Shown: piece after piece, positions 52,001-62,268 of the stretch
How the letters are laid out: each line of letters opens with the position of its first letter
How positions within the stretch are numbered: the first letter of the stretch is position 1
NCBI GenBank assembly: GCA_963703225.1
Contig: OY969801.1
Location: 2,432,001-2,496,000, forward strand
From: Candidatus Eiseniibacteriota bacterium
Lineage (GTDB): Bacteria; Eisenbacteria; RBG-16-71-46; SZUA-252
Length of the DNA stretch: 64,000 nucleotides
Reading direction: 5' to 3'
Program-made: the position numbers and the translations under genes
Notes under the pieces: model-generated
Told to the model about the DNA's origin: nothing
What the model saw: the letters and a program-made list of their open reading frames with translations, nothing else
Databases searched by the model: none

Positions 52001-52956
52001 AGTTTGTGGACGAGCACGAGACGATCGAGGGAGCACCCGCGCTCAAGGATGAGCACCTTCCTGTATTCGACTGCGCTTTCAAGCCCAAGAACGGCGTGCG
52101 CACCATCCACCACATGGGCCACATCCGGATGATGGAGGCGGTGCAGCCGTTCGTCTCCGGCGCGATCTCGAAGACGGTGAACATGCCCGAAGAGGCGACG
52201 GCGCAGGACATCGCGGAAGCCTACATGGAGGCCTGGAAGGGCGGGATCAAGGCGATCGCCATCTACCGGGACGGCTCCAAGCGGAGCCAGCCACTCTCGA
52301 CCAGCAAGGAAGATCGCGGGGCCAAGGCTGGCGTGGCCGCCAAGGGCGCGCCGGTCGCGAAGAGGCGCCGGCTTCCCGACGAGCGGCAGTCGATCACGCA
52401 CAAGTTCTCCGTGGGCGGCCACGACGGATACCTGACCGTCGGAATGTACGAGGACGGCGCCCCCGGCGAGATCTTCATCGTCATGGCCAAGGCGGGGAGC
52501 ACGCTGAGCGGCGTGATGGACTCCTTCGCGACGGCCGTCTCCTTGGGGCTCCAGCACGGCGTGCCGCTCCGGCTCCTCGTGGGCAAGTTCAGCCACATCC
52601 GGTTCGAGCCGCACGGCTTCACCAAGAACCCGGACATCCCGATCGCGAAGTCGATCGTCGACTACATCTTCCGCTGGCTTGGAATCAAGTTCTTGGGCGA
52701 GGCTCCGGCTTCGGCGCAGCACGACGAAGCGAAGGAAGATCCGCTCGAGGCCCGCGGCGTCCAGCCGGTGGCTGAAGTGCAGCTCAAGCTGATCAACGGC
52801 GGGGCGAACGGCCACACCAAGGGCGCACAGACCGATGACCGCTCCTTCGTGACCCAGTCGGACGCGCCGCCCTGCACCGAGTGCGGCGCCATCATGGTCC
52901 GCCGCGGCGCCTGCTACAGCTGCCTGAACTGCGGCGCGACGAGCGGGTGCGCGTAG
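49009..52956 (+). CDS. nrdJ: Class II (adenosylcobalamin-dependent) ribonucleotide reductase, intein-containing
   Basis: FNSPVWFN, QCSACFI, RRAAKM, NP|CSEY, IAPTGTI, GAISKTVN, TSCPD-like domain, C-terminal Zn ribbon. Confidence 0.97.
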   Translation: MVRDLGSDGTAINEGMAVLEGTPAMGTQGKREFGVETRAGLRFPRVYTRPGVDPYDEVEWELRTAVISNEHGNVVFEQRDVEFPKFWSQMATNVVASKYFRGQIGTPQRERSVKQLIGRVAKTIAGWGRAQGYFATEPDAQSFEDELTYLLLHQKASFNSPVWFNCGVEAKPQCSACFINSVTDTMDGILTLAKTEGLLFKWGSGTGTNFSSLRSSKEAIQGGGTASGPVSFMKGFDAFAGVIKSGGRTRRAAKMVILNVDHPDIVEYIKCKAEEEKKAWSLIDVGYDPSLNGPAYSSIFFQNSNNSVRVPDEFMHAIEKDGKWTTKAVTTGQPVDTYRARDLMQMICDAAHQCGDPGLQFDTTINDWHTCPNTARINASNPCVTGDTLVATTDGWRRIDALVGHSAAVIGADGMPHLVTNVFPTGVKRVFRLRTRAGYEVRITADHKVWTADRGDVAVKDLEVGDRLALQAPGFGRRALGERLALAVGVAVGDGCLTRTVHSNGRTQEIVILTMAAGEAGVLDEIAGTVNVEKAARRVAGSVGRADEVHVTEGSGSVSRLSFSSQPVVDAFNELAVLDKGSAGKRFTTAAFELDRASMAGMLRGLFTADGTVANYGEKSQYIALDSTSLGLLQQVQLMLLSFGIKSKLYRERRGGVASSLLPDGRGGMREYPVRETHSLRITRSSRFLFEREIGFHTASPKAEALRVLNDEFASYRDELTDKVASIEALGEEPVFDLTEPATHHFVANGLLVHNCSEYMFLDDSACNLSSLNLMRFLREDGSFEVEKYKHGVATMITAQEIIVDNASYPTPAIERNSHDFRPLGLGYANLGALLMSWGIPYDSEPGRAIAAALTALMHGHAYATSARIAAVTGPFAGFEKNREPMLRVIRKHRSFVEKIETRYVPADLMEATRTTWEECYNLGAEHGYRNSQVTVIAPTGTIAFMMDCDTTGIEPDIALVKYKKLAGGGMLKIVNQTVPEALRRLGYGEDEVARIVQFVDEHETIEGAPALKDEHLPVFDCAFKPKNGVRTIHHMGHIRMMEAVQPFVSGAISKTVNMPEEATAQDIAEAYMEAWKGGIKAIAIYRDGSKRSQPLSTSKEDRGAKAGVAAKGAPVAKRRRLPDERQSITHKFSVGGHDGYLTVGMYEDGAPGEIFIVMAKAGSTLSGVMDSFATAVSLGLQHGVPLRLLVGKFSHIRFEPHGFTKNPDIPIAKSIVDYIFRWLGIKFLGEAPASAQHDEAKEDPLEARGVQPVAEVQLKLINGGANGHTKGAQTDDRSFVTQSDAPPCTECGAIMVRRGACYSCLNCGATSGCA
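50155..51273 (+). mobile_element. Intein (373 aa) with LAGLIDADG homing endonuclease
   Basis: Begins CVTGDT after NASNP; block B TADH; GVAVGDG and RGLFTADG motifs; ends VFDLT..HHFVANGLLVHN followed by Cys+1. Confidence 0.97.
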
Positions 52957-53638
52957 ACAAGCGACGGAGCCGAAAAGGCAGGTCGAGCAGCAGAAACAGA
53001 GTCAGCGCGAGAAGCTCGGTGACGAAGAGATAGACCGGCCAGGGGCCGAACCAGTCAAGCACGCTCCAGCCACCGGGCTTCTCGCGTAAGTAGAGGTAGT
53101 TCCTCCCGAAGACCAGATCCACCACCCCCGCAGTCGCCGCATAGGCGTTCGTCCATAGAAAGACACGCCAGGGCGCCCCCGGTCTCGGGCGCATCCGCAT
53201 CCCGATCGTCAGAAAGAGCGCCGCGGCGACGACCGAGCCATGGAAGGCAAAGAACGAGAGAAACTGCCGGCTGGGAAATCCTCTCGTCAGGTCGGGCGTG
53301 ATCATCGCGAAGAGGGTTCCGGCCAGGGCCCAGAAGTAGAAGATCTCGTACGCCGTCCGCTGGCGCGTCACCAGCGCGTAGATCGCGAGCAGAATCCCAA
53401 AGTCGCAGAGGTGGAGCGGGACCCAGTCCCAGACGGAGAGCCGGCCCCGGAGGCCGTCGCTGACGAGCCCAACGACGATCGCGGTGGCCAGGATCCCCGC
53501 GAACCCCACGCGTATGCCGCGTGCGAGGTGGCCCTCGGGCTGCCCTCGGACGGCGAGCGAGAGGCCGACGGCGACGATCCCTGTGGCAAGTATCGCGGCG
53601 ATGTGATCGGGACCGAAGAGAACAAAGGGCGGCGCCAC
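52892..53638 (-). CDS. TIGR02206/YwaF family membrane protein
   Basis: F...H, PLHLCD, TPDL, FF..H, NYLYL.EKP, GPWPVY; 3' end overlaps the nrdJ 3' end. Confidence 0.88.
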   Translation of the reverse strand: MAPPFVLFGPDHIAAILATGIVAVGLSLAVRGQPEGHLARGIRVGFAGILATAIVVGLVSDGLRGRLSVWDWVPLHLCDFGILLAIYALVTRQRTAYEIFYFWALAGTLFAMITPDLTRGFPSRQFLSFFAFHGSVVAAALFLTIGMRMRPRPGAPWRVFLWTNAYAATAGVVDLVFGRNYLYLREKPGGWSVLDWFGPWPVYLFVTELLALTLFLLLDLPFRLRRLSTRTRSSRRSSGSCSRRRGGP

Positions 53639-53694
53639 GACGTTCAGTCTAACGCGGCCGCAGCGCCACGCCCCAGCGAAGCTCTATCGATTCC

Positions 53695-54540
53695 CTACGG
53701 AATCGGCGGCGGGAGCGGCGGTGCCTCCGGGAAATCGGCCAAGGTCGTTCCCAATTTCTTCTTCGGGTCCGGCTTGGAATCGCGCTTGGGCGGGACCGGA
53801 GTGCGCATCTGGGGCGGCAGCGCGGTCGCCTTCTCGCGCCAATCGCGGAGCAGGGTCGCGCCCACGCCGATCATCCAGAGCTGGATCGGCAGGCCGACGC
53901 CGTAGCGCACGCCCGCGCCCCGCATCGGGTTGATCGCCGAGCCGGTCGCGGTGGCGGTCCAGAACTCGAACACGTAGACCAGAATGCCGACGGCCCCAAA
54001 GAAGGCGCCCCCCCAGCCCATCCAGAGCGGCACGACCTCACGCGTCACCCCCGCCGTGCCCGCGGCGATCACCGCGGTGAAGAAGAGCACGCCCCCGACG
54101 GCGAGCGCGCCCATTTTCCAAAACCAGACGGTGGTGAAGAGCATGGTCGCGAGCCCCGGGTCGACCGGGTAGAGAGTTTTCAAGAATGGCCCGACGAAGA
54201 GCTCCATCGAGAGAAACGTGGCCCAGATTCCGCCGCCGACCAGCGCGCAGACGCTGACCATCGACGCCGCGCCCGAGGAGCCGCGGAGATGAAGGAGAAA
54301 CGCGAATGCGGTGAAGGCCACGGTGGCGAGCAAGAAGCCGGTCAGCATCCACGCGTGGAGCCACATCCAGCCGCCGATGTCCTGCTTGGAGAGCGCGTCC
54401 AGAATGACGTTCGTCTGGTTGGCGGGGGCGAGCGACGGATAGACGGCCAAGCAGATCGAGAGGATGATCGCTCCGAGCGCGAATGTCAGCCCGGCGCAGA
54501 GCTGGATCGATCGGATCCGTTCTTCCATGACATCGGCCAT
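53695..54540 (-). CDS. Hypothetical multi-TM protein with Pro-rich tail
   Basis: About six hydrophobic segments; AAGGAGG RBS. Confidence 0.75.
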   Translation of the reverse strand: MADVMEERIRSIQLCAGLTFALGAIILSICLAVYPSLAPANQTNVILDALSKQDIGGWMWLHAWMLTGFLLATVAFTAFAFLLHLRGSSGAASMVSVCALVGGGIWATFLSMELFVGPFLKTLYPVDPGLATMLFTTVWFWKMGALAVGGVLFFTAVIAAGTAGVTREVVPLWMGWGGAFFGAVGILVYVFEFWTATATGSAINPMRGAGVRYGVGLPIQLWMIGVGATLLRDWREKATALPPQMRTPVPPKRDSKPDPKKKLGTTLADFPEAPPLPPPIP

Positions 54541-54602
54541 TCCAGGCCTCCTTATGAAAATGTGCTCTTGAACCGACCGCCGATGATCGGCACTCTACCG
54601 CC

Positions 54603-56570
54603 GTGCCGGCCAAGAAGGAAGCCAAGAACCGACGCGCGGAATCCGCGGCCCGCCCGGCCGAGAGGCCAGGATCACCCCGCCGGCCGCTCCCGCGTGAGCC
54701 CGACCGCGCTCGCCCTCCTCCCCGCATTCCTCGCGGCCGCGCTCTACCTCCCCGCCCTGCCCTACGGCTGGGTCTGGGACGACCAGCTGCTGGTCGTCTC
54801 GCACGGAGCGGGGGGCGTGGGCGCGGAGGGATTCCGGCTTTTCGCGTCGCTCCTCTACCGGATCGAGTGGACGCTTGGCTACGGCACTCCCGCGATGGCC
54901 CATCTGGTCAGCGTGCTCCTCCACGGGCTCGCGACCTGGCTCTTCTTCCGCCTCGCGATCCAGGTGGGAGCGACGGCCGTGGATCGCGTTCGCCTCGGCG
55001 CTCCTCTTCGCCGCGCATCCGGTCCACGTCGAGGCCGTGGCCTACATCTCGGGCCGCCCCGACCTCCTCGCCACGGTCTTCGCCCTGACGGCGCTCCTCC
55101 TGGCGCGAACGGCCGGAGCTCTGCACGCCTGAGGGATGCCGATCGTGGAAGATCTGGCCCGCCTACGTCGCGCTGGTCGCCGCCGTGCTGAGCGACGAGG
55201 TGGCGATCGTGACGCCGCTCATCCTCGTGGCTCTCGACCGATGGGGACCGACGCGGATCCCGTGGCGCCGGCGCCTCACCCACTACTCCGGATTCTTCGC
55301 GATCGTGCTCGTCTATCTGCTGGTGCGCTTCACCGTGGGAGGAGGAGCCGCGCCGACCGCCGGGACCGCCCACGCCGCGAGCGGAATTGAAGCGGCCGCG
55401 CGCCCCTGGGCCGTGCCGATGGCGCTGCGCGAGTATCTGAACATGCTCGCGTGGCCCCATCCCCTGAACGCGCTCCGCTCCCTTCGCGCCGTGGACACCG
55501 CCGGCTGGGCGGCGCGTCTCTCGCCCTTGGCGGCACTCCTCGCTGTCGCGCTCTTCGTGGGGTGGCGCCGGCGCGACCCGCTCGCCCGCGCCGGGGCCGT
55601 CCTGCTCTTGCTCCCTCTTCTGCCCGCGCTTCCGTTTCCGCTGTTCGTCGGCTCCTACGCCGAGGAGCGGGCCACCTACTTCGCGTCGGTCGGTTTCTGC
55701 CTCCTCGTCGGCTCGGCCTACACGGCAGCCGCCGGCCTCATCCGGCTGCCCCGTCCTCTGCTTGCCCTCGGCGCGATCGCCGTCGCGGCCGTCCTCGGCT
55801 GGGGAACGCTCCAGCGTCTTCCGGTCTGGCGCGACAACATCACGCTCCTGCAAGCCGCCGCGGTGGCCTCTCCCAGCGATCCGGCGCCCCATCTCATGCT
55901 CGTGGAGCACTACTCGCGGGCCGGCAATTGGCGGGGGGCGCTCTCGGAGGTCGACCGCGCGATCGCGATCGACCCGAAAAGCCACGCGGCGTTTGCAACC
56001 AAGACGACGATCTTGAACCGACTGGGACAGTATCCGGAATCGGAGGCCGCGGCGCGTCGAGCGATCGAGCTCCAGCCCAGGGACGCGGTCTCGTACGCCA
56101 ATTTGAGCGACGCGCTGCTGCAGCAGGGAAAGACCGCGGCGGCGGTGGAGGCAGCCGCGCGCGCGGTTTCGCTCGACTCCACGCTCTGGAACGCCTGGTA
56201 CAACTACGGCGTGGGCCTCTCGGCTTCCCACGACGTGCCGGGCGCGATCCACGCGTACGAGAAGACGCTGGCGCTCCAGCCGAACGACCTCGGCGCCATG
56301 AACAACCTCGGCGCGCTCCTGGGCTATTCCGGAAGGCTCGAGGAGGCCCGCGATCTCTACATCCGCCTGGTGGCGCTGGCACCCACCTCGGTGGAGGCCC
56401 GGATGAACCTGGCGCTCGCCTATCTAAGGCTGGGAGACCGCGACGGCGCCGTCCGGGAGCGCGAGGTGGTGCGCCGCCTCAGCCCCACCTCGGTGCGGCA
56501 GCTGGACCAGATCTTCAACGAGTACGTCCAGAGGAACCCGTACCAGCCTCCGAGCACGCCCACGCGTTGA
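54603..56570 (+). CDS. TMTC-like GT-C glycosyltransferase with C-terminal TPRs, three apparent +1 frameshifts (~54690, ~54975, ~55112)
   Basis: Joined frames give WVWDD, H..SVLLH, LLFAAHPVHVEAVAYISGR.DLL, ER..Y, VWRD..TL and multiple TPRs. Confidence 0.85.
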
Positions 56571-56602
56571 CCCCGCTTCCGCGGGCGTGCTAGGGTCGGT
56601 CC

Positions 56603-57397
56603 ATGGGCGCCGAGCTGAACACCGAGTGGTTCGACCCCACCCGCACCAATCAACTCGTCGGTATCCTCCTCTTCCTCGCATTCATCCTGATCAACATGCG
56701 CCGCGCCCAGCTCGGGGGTTCCATGTACATACGCCCGCTCGCCGGCCTCAAGGCGCTGGACGAGGCGATCGGACGCGCCACCGAGATGGGCAAGTCGATC
56801 CTCTACCTGCCGGGCCTCGGCGACATGAGCGAGGTGGGCACGCTCGCGTCGATCACCATCATGAGCCGGGTGGCTCGAAAGGTGGCGGACCTGGGCTGCG
56901 ACATGCAGGTCCCCTGCTACGACCCGGTCGTCATGGCGATCATGGACGACGTGGCGCGCCAAGCGTACGTCGAAGCGGGCCGGGGCGACCAGTTCAAGCC
57001 CGGGAGCATCCACTACGTCAGCGCGCAGCAGTTCGCCTACGTGGCGGCCGTCACCGGCATCATGCTCCGGGATCGACCGGCCGCGAACATCTTCATGGGA
57101 AGCTTCTACGCGGAGTCGCTGTTCCTCGCCGAGACCGGAAACCTGACGGGGGCGATCCAGATCGCCGGATGCGACAAGGTGACCCAGCTTCCCTTCTTCG
57201 TCTGCGCCTGCGACTACACGCTGATGGGCGAGGAGCTGTTCGCGGCCAGCGCCTACATCGGCCGGGAACCGATTCAGCTCGCGACGATCGCGGCCCAGGA
57301 CTGGGCCAAGGCGCTCGCAGCCGCCGTCGTGGTCCTGGCGATCGCGCTCTCCGCGCTGGGACATCCCGAGCTCGGCCGCTTGCTCCGGACATCGTGA
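56603..57397 (+). CDS. DUF6754-like membrane protein
   Basis: IR.LAGL.A.DEAIGRATEMGK, F.AESL.LAETG...GAIQIAG, QLPFFV.ACDYTL.GEELFAASAY. Confidence 0.8.
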   Translation: MGAELNTEWFDPTRTNQLVGILLFLAFILINMRRAQLGGSMYIRPLAGLKALDEAIGRATEMGKSILYLPGLGDMSEVGTLASITIMSRVARKVADLGCDMQVPCYDPVVMAIMDDVARQAYVEAGRGDQFKPGSIHYVSAQQFAYVAAVTGIMLRDRPAANIFMGSFYAESLFLAETGNLTGAIQIAGCDKVTQLPFFVCACDYTLMGEELFAASAYIGREPIQLATIAAQDWAKALAAAVVVLAIALSALGHPELGRLLRTS

Positions 57398-57414
57398 GCG
57401 CCTAGCCCTCCCGC

Positions 57415-58035
57415 ATGCGGCTCGGCCCGCTCCTCATCACCTTCCTCTCTGGCGCCACGATCATCGCGGTCTATTTCATACCGCATCACAACGCCCAGGC
57501 TGTGAACGCCGAGCTGCTCCTGTGGGCGACGATCGTCTACGCCTTCGCCCTGATCCTCGGGTCGGTCTCGCTCTGGAGCACGCATGCGAGGAAGATCCAG
57601 CGGCGCGCGGAGGGGTGGCCCTACAGCCTCGTGACGCTGGTCACGCTTGTGGTCGTGACCGTGCTCGGCGTCTGGAAGGGCGTGAGCGAAGGCTCGCCGG
57701 TGAGCCACATTTACAACATGGTCAATTCGCCGCTCGCCTCGACCATGTTCGCGCTCCTCGCCTTCTTCATCGCCTCCGCCGCCTTTCGGGCTTTCCGTGC
57801 CCGTAACGTCGAGGCCACGCTCCTCCTGATTACGGCGATTCTCATGATGATCGGGCGTGTTTCGGTCGGAGAGTTCATCTGGCGCGGTTTTCCCGGTTTC
57901 ACGGAATGGCTGCTCGACGTCCCAAATCTCGCCGCCAAGCGCGCGGTGGCGATCGGCGTGGGTCTGGGCGCCGTCTCGACCGGGCTCAAGATCATCCTGG
58001 GCATCGAGCGGGGCTACTTGGGAAGAGCGAAATGA
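57415..58035 (+). CDS. Conserved hypothetical membrane protein (DUF6754 cluster gene 2)
   Basis: About six TMs; TMFALLAFFIASAAFRAFRARN.EA, P..AA.RA, LGIER.Y. Confidence 0.8.
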   Translation: MRLGPLLITFLSGATIIAVYFIPHHNAQAVNAELLLWATIVYAFALILGSVSLWSTHARKIQRRAEGWPYSLVTLVTLVVVTVLGVWKGVSEGSPVSHIYNMVNSPLASTMFALLAFFIASAAFRAFRARNVEATLLLITAILMMIGRVSVGEFIWRGFPGFTEWLLDVPNLAAKRAVAIGVGLGAVSTGLKIILGIERGYLGRAK

Positions 58036-58869
58036 GCTGGATGGCCCGCGTCCTCGCGATCGACCGGCGATTGATCTTCGTGCTGATCGCCCTCGGCACC
58101 GCGATTCCGCTCCTGTTCCCCGTCAACCTGCCGATCACCGTCACCCCGCGGGTCGAGGCCGCATACAGCACGATCGAGGCCCTGCCCGCGGGTTCCGTGG
58201 TGCTGATCTCGATGGATTACGAGCCCGACACCATGGCCGAGCTCCAGCCGATGGCGATCGCGGTGCTCCGCCATTGCTTCCGGAAGAACCTCAAGGTGAT
58301 CGGCATGACGCTCTACCCGTCGGGGCCGGGGCTGGTGGAGCCCGCGATGAACGTGGCGGCGCGGATGGAGCACAAGGTCCGGGACCGGGACTTCGTCTTC
58401 CTCGGATACAAGTCGGGCTTCCAGACGGTGATGGTCGGGATCGGCGAGAGCATTCGCCAGCAATTCCCGGTCGACTTCTACGGAACGCCCCTCGACTCGA
58501 TACCCGATCATGCGCGGGGTCGACTCGTACGCGAAGATCGACCTCGTCGTGAACCTCACCGCGTCGAGCGCGGCCGACTTCTGGATCCAGTTCGCGGCGG
58601 GGCGATACCACAAGGCCCTCATCCTCGGCTCGACCGCCGTCATGGCGACCGACTATTACCCGTACCTCTCCTCGCGGCAGCTTCTGGGCCTGATCGGCGG
58701 GATGAAGGGCGCCGCGGAATACGAGAAGCGGATGGATATTTTCGGGGACGCGCGGCGGGGCATGGACGCCCAGAGCATGGTCCACGTCATCATCGCGGGC
58801 CTCGTGGTCCTGGGAAACGCGGCGCTCTTCGCGACGCGGGGCGGCGCGGGAGGAGGAGGGCGGGCGTGA
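58032..58869 (+). CDS. Conserved hypothetical membrane-anchored protein (cluster gene 3), one +1 frameshift near 58503
   Basis: DRR.IF, DY.P....EL.PM, FLGYK.G, then TAVMA...YPY....QL.G..GG.KGAAEYE in the next frame; ATGA coupling to gene 2. Confidence 0.8.
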
Positions 58870-59498
58870 GCGGCATCGAAACCTGGGTCGCCGCAATCCT
58901 GACGCTCTGCGTCTTTTCGTTTCTCTACCGCGACAATCCCTTTTACCGTTTTGCGGAGCATCTGTTCGTGGGCGCGGCGGGTGCCTACCTGCTGGTGGTG
59001 CAATACCAGGACGTCATCGTTCCCAATGTCTGGGGCCGTCTCGCCGGGCCGGGCCATTCGGCCGGAACGATCGCGCTCGCCCTCATCTCGGCGGTGCTCG
59101 GAATCCTGATGCTCGCGAGGGTCTCGGAGCGCATGGCGGGCCCCGCCCGGTGGGCGATCGCGTTTTACGTCGGGATCTACTCCGGGCTCGCGGTGACGGG
59201 GTACATGCAGGCCCAGGTCCTGGCGCAGCTGGGCGACGCGGTCAAACCCTTCGCGCCGGGCTGGGGCGCCGTCAATTCCGCGCTCGTCCTGATCGGGTTC
59301 CTGACCGTCCTGGCCTACTTCTTCTTCTCGGCGCCCCACAAGGGAATCCACGGCGCGAGCGCGCGAGTCGGGATCTGGTTTCTGATGATCGCCTTCGGGG
59401 CGTCGTTCGGCTACACGGTCATGGCGCGCGTCTCGCTCCTGATCTCGCGCGTCCAGTTTCTCCTCCGCGACTGGCTCCACCTCATCCAGAACACGTAG
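58866..59498 (+). CDS. Conserved hypothetical membrane protein (cluster gene 4)
   Basis: TL..FSFLY.DNP.YRFAEH.FVG, YFFFS..H.G, FGA.FGYTVM.R.SLL; GTGA coupling to gene 3. Confidence 0.8.
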   Translation: MSGIETWVAAILTLCVFSFLYRDNPFYRFAEHLFVGAAGAYLLVVQYQDVIVPNVWGRLAGPGHSAGTIALALISAVLGILMLARVSERMAGPARWAIAFYVGIYSGLAVTGYMQAQVLAQLGDAVKPFAPGWGAVNSALVLIGFLTVLAYFFFSAPHKGIHGASARVGIWFLMIAFGASFGYTVMARVSLLISRVQFLLRDWLHLIQNT

Positions 59499-59521
59499 CG
59501 CTTGCTCGAGGGAGATCCGCG

Positions 59522-60238
59522 ATGTTGAGCCGGCCCGCCATCTTCGCACTCCTTGCCCTATCTTCCCCGTTTGGTTTGGCTGGGGGGGCCGCGGCCGGCG
59601 AGCGATCGACGGGGATATTGCTGTTCGGGGAGTATTCCAGCTACGCCATGGGGGACGTGAACGACAACCTCGATAGCCCGGCGCCGGTCTACGGACCCGT
59701 CTCGGTTCAAGCGGATCACGTCGACGGAGGCTGGGGCGCAGGCGCCGGCCTCCGATTCTGGCTGGCCGAGAAGATGTGCCTGCAGTTCACCGGCGAGTAT
59801 CTCTCCGCGGGGACCGACGGCGCAGGAAGCTATCTCGGCGTCAACTACACCGGGGATCTCAACGTCTCCGCCCTGGCCTTCACCGCGGCGCTCGGGCGAA
59901 CGGTTCTCCAGGGCGCCAAAGCCCGAGCAGGAGCGATGGCCGGGGCCGGCATCTACACGACGATCGGCGACCTCGAAGTCAGGTCCGCGACGTTCCAGAA
60001 CACCACGGACATCCAGGGGCGGGGACTCGGCTTCTACGTCGCGACAACTGGCGAGTACAGCGTTTCGCCGGGAGTCGCCCTGGACGCGTCGCTCGGCTAT
60101 CGAGTCGCTTCGACTGCGAGCGTGCAGGGGGACGGCGGCGCCGATCTCCTGAACGCGGACGGCTCGAAATCGAACATCGACTGGGGTGGCCCCTACCTCA
60201 GGCTCGGCTTCGCGTTCTATCCCAAGCGCTCGAACTAG
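59522..60238 (+). CDS. Outer-membrane beta-barrel protein (OmpA/OmpW-like size)
   Basis: Signal peptide, alternating Gly/aromatic strands, ends GPYLRLGFAFY. Confidence 0.75.
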   Translation: MLSRPAIFALLALSSPFGLAGGAAAGERSTGILLFGEYSSYAMGDVNDNLDSPAPVYGPVSVQADHVDGGWGAGAGLRFWLAEKMCLQFTGEYLSAGTDGAGSYLGVNYTGDLNVSALAFTAALGRTVLQGAKARAGAMAGAGIYTTIGDLEVRSATFQNTTDIQGRGLGFYVATTGEYSVSPGVALDASLGYRVASTASVQGDGGADLLNADGSKSNIDWGGPYLRLGFAFYPKRSN

Positions 60239-62248
60239 GCGGTCGCCCGGGGTGGGCTCAACATCTCGAACGCCGCCTCGAGCGCCGCGTGGTCTCCCAC
60301 GAGAACCAGAATGTCCCCCTGCTGGAGCGTGAAGTCGGCCTCCGGCGTCACGTAATGCTTTCCCTCCCGCACCACCGCGATGATGAGCGCGCGGGTGCGG
60401 CCCCTCAGGTCGAGCGCCGCGAGCGTCCGTCCAACGGCCGGCGACCCCGGTTCGAGATAGAACGTGTCGGTGGTGGCGCCGGCGATCATCTGGCTGACCG
60501 AGGTCATGAGGGAGCCGGTGACGTCGCCGCCCCGAAGAAAGCTGTACCCTTCCCGCCGGAGCGCCTGCTCCTGAATCCGGACGACGTTCGCGGGCACGTG
60601 GTAGCGCCGCAACACCCGCGCCAGGATCGCGATCGAGGTCTCGAACTCCTCCGGGATCACCTCGTCGGCGCCCAGCCGCATCAGCTCCGCCACCTCGGCC
60701 ACCTGGCGGGTTCGCGCGATGATGTAGGCACCGGGATTGCCGCGGCGCACCTGGATCACCGCGAATCGCGTCGCGGCAGGGTCGGAAATCGCCAGCACCA
60801 CCACCGCGGCCCGCTCGACGTGGCAGGCGTGGAGCCCCTCTCCGCGGGAGGCGTCTCCGAACTGGATCCGCTCTCCCTGCCCCCGCGCGCGGCGGATGAT
60901 CGCGGTGTCCAGCTCGAGCACGAGGTACGGGATCCCCAGTTCGCGGAGTACCCGCGCCACGTTCCGTCCATTGACACCGTAGCCCGCGATCACCACGTGG
61001 CCCGACAGTCCTTCCGGATCCGCGCGTTTGACCGTCGCCGCGGAATCGTGCCCGGCCGGGGCGTCCCCGGCCGCGGGCAACCGCACAACCGTCCCCGTGT
61101 GGGCCCCCGCCCAGGCCGCGAACCGCACGAGAAATGGGGTGAGCATGAGCGAGAGGACGGCCACAGCGAGGAAGGTCTGGGCCTCGAGCTGCGGCAGCAG
61201 CCCCTGGTCCGCCCCCACCGAGGCCAGGACGAAGGAAAATTCCCCCACCTGCGCGAGCGAGATCCCGACCATCACCGCGATCCGCAGGGGAAAGCCGAGA
61301 AGCCGGACCACCCCCACGCCCACGACCGCCTTGACCGCAAGCGCGAAGAGGAGCGTCCCGATCGCGACCGGGAGGTGGTCGAGCAGAAATTGGGGCACGA
61401 GGAGCATTCCGATCGAGATGAAGAAGAGGGCGCTGAAGAGGTCGCGGAACGGAAGGACCTCCGCCACGACCTGGTGGGCGTACTCCGACTCGCTCACCAA
61501 GAGGCCGGCGAGGAAGGCGCCGAGGGCCGGCGAAAGGCCCAGCGCGTTGGTGGCGAGTGCCGCGCCGAGGCAGATCGCGATCGACATCATGACGTAGAGC
61601 TCCCGCACGCCGCTTCGAATCACCGCGTTGACGAGCCTGGGCATGAGCGTGCGGGCCAAGAGCGCCACGAGGACGGCTCCCACCGCCCCGATCATGAGCC
61701 GCGGCCCTACGGAGAGGGTCCCCTTCCCGGCCAGAGAGGGGATCAGGACGAGCATCGGGACGATGGCGATGTCCTGGAAGAGGAGAATGCCGAGAATGAG
61801 CCGCCCCTGCGGGGCGTGCTGCTCCCCGCGCTCGCTGAGGAGCCTCAGTACCATCGCGGTCGAGGAGAGCGCGATCAGCATGCCCGCGAAGACGGCCGGC
61901 CCCACCTTGGCGTCGTTCGGGAGCGCGAGCACGGCCGCCGGCGGTGACCGCGATCGTGCCGAGCACTTGAAGCGGCCCCGCGAGGAGGAAGGCCCGGCCG
62001 ATCTCTTTCAGCCGGGCGAGCGAGAACTCGAGGCCGATCATGAAGAGGAGCATTGCCACGCCGACCTCGGCGAGCATCTCCACGTGGTGGGTGTCGCCGA
62101 TGAGCTTGAATCCGCCCGGACCGATGAGGATCCCGGTGAGCATGAAGCCGATCGCGGCCGGGACTCTGAGCCTGCGGCTCGGGAGGATCACGAGGAGCGC
62201 GGCGCAGAGCGTGACGACCAGATCTTGAAGGAAGGAGTTCTGGCCCAC
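60235..62248 (-). CDS. CPA2 cation:proton antiporter (KefB/KefC-like) with TrkA-N and TrkA-C domains, one +1 frameshift near 61940
   Basis: LAEVGV..LLF.IGLEFS, LSSTA, FQD, LGAFLAG, QVGEFSF, GYGVNG. Confidence 0.92.
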
Positions 62249-62268
62249 GCTACCGGTTTCTGGCCGCG

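Noticed and set aside
52892..52956. 65-nt convergent overlap of nrdJ and the TIGR02206 gene as a regulatory device
   Set aside because: The extension is a low-information Arg/Ser tail, most simply a lost stop codon.
57906..59498. Single 530-aa fused ORF in the track
   Set aside because: Artefact of the ~58503 frameshift joining the first part of gene 3 to gene 4; the proper gene 3 end (58869) and gene 4 start (58866) are visible.
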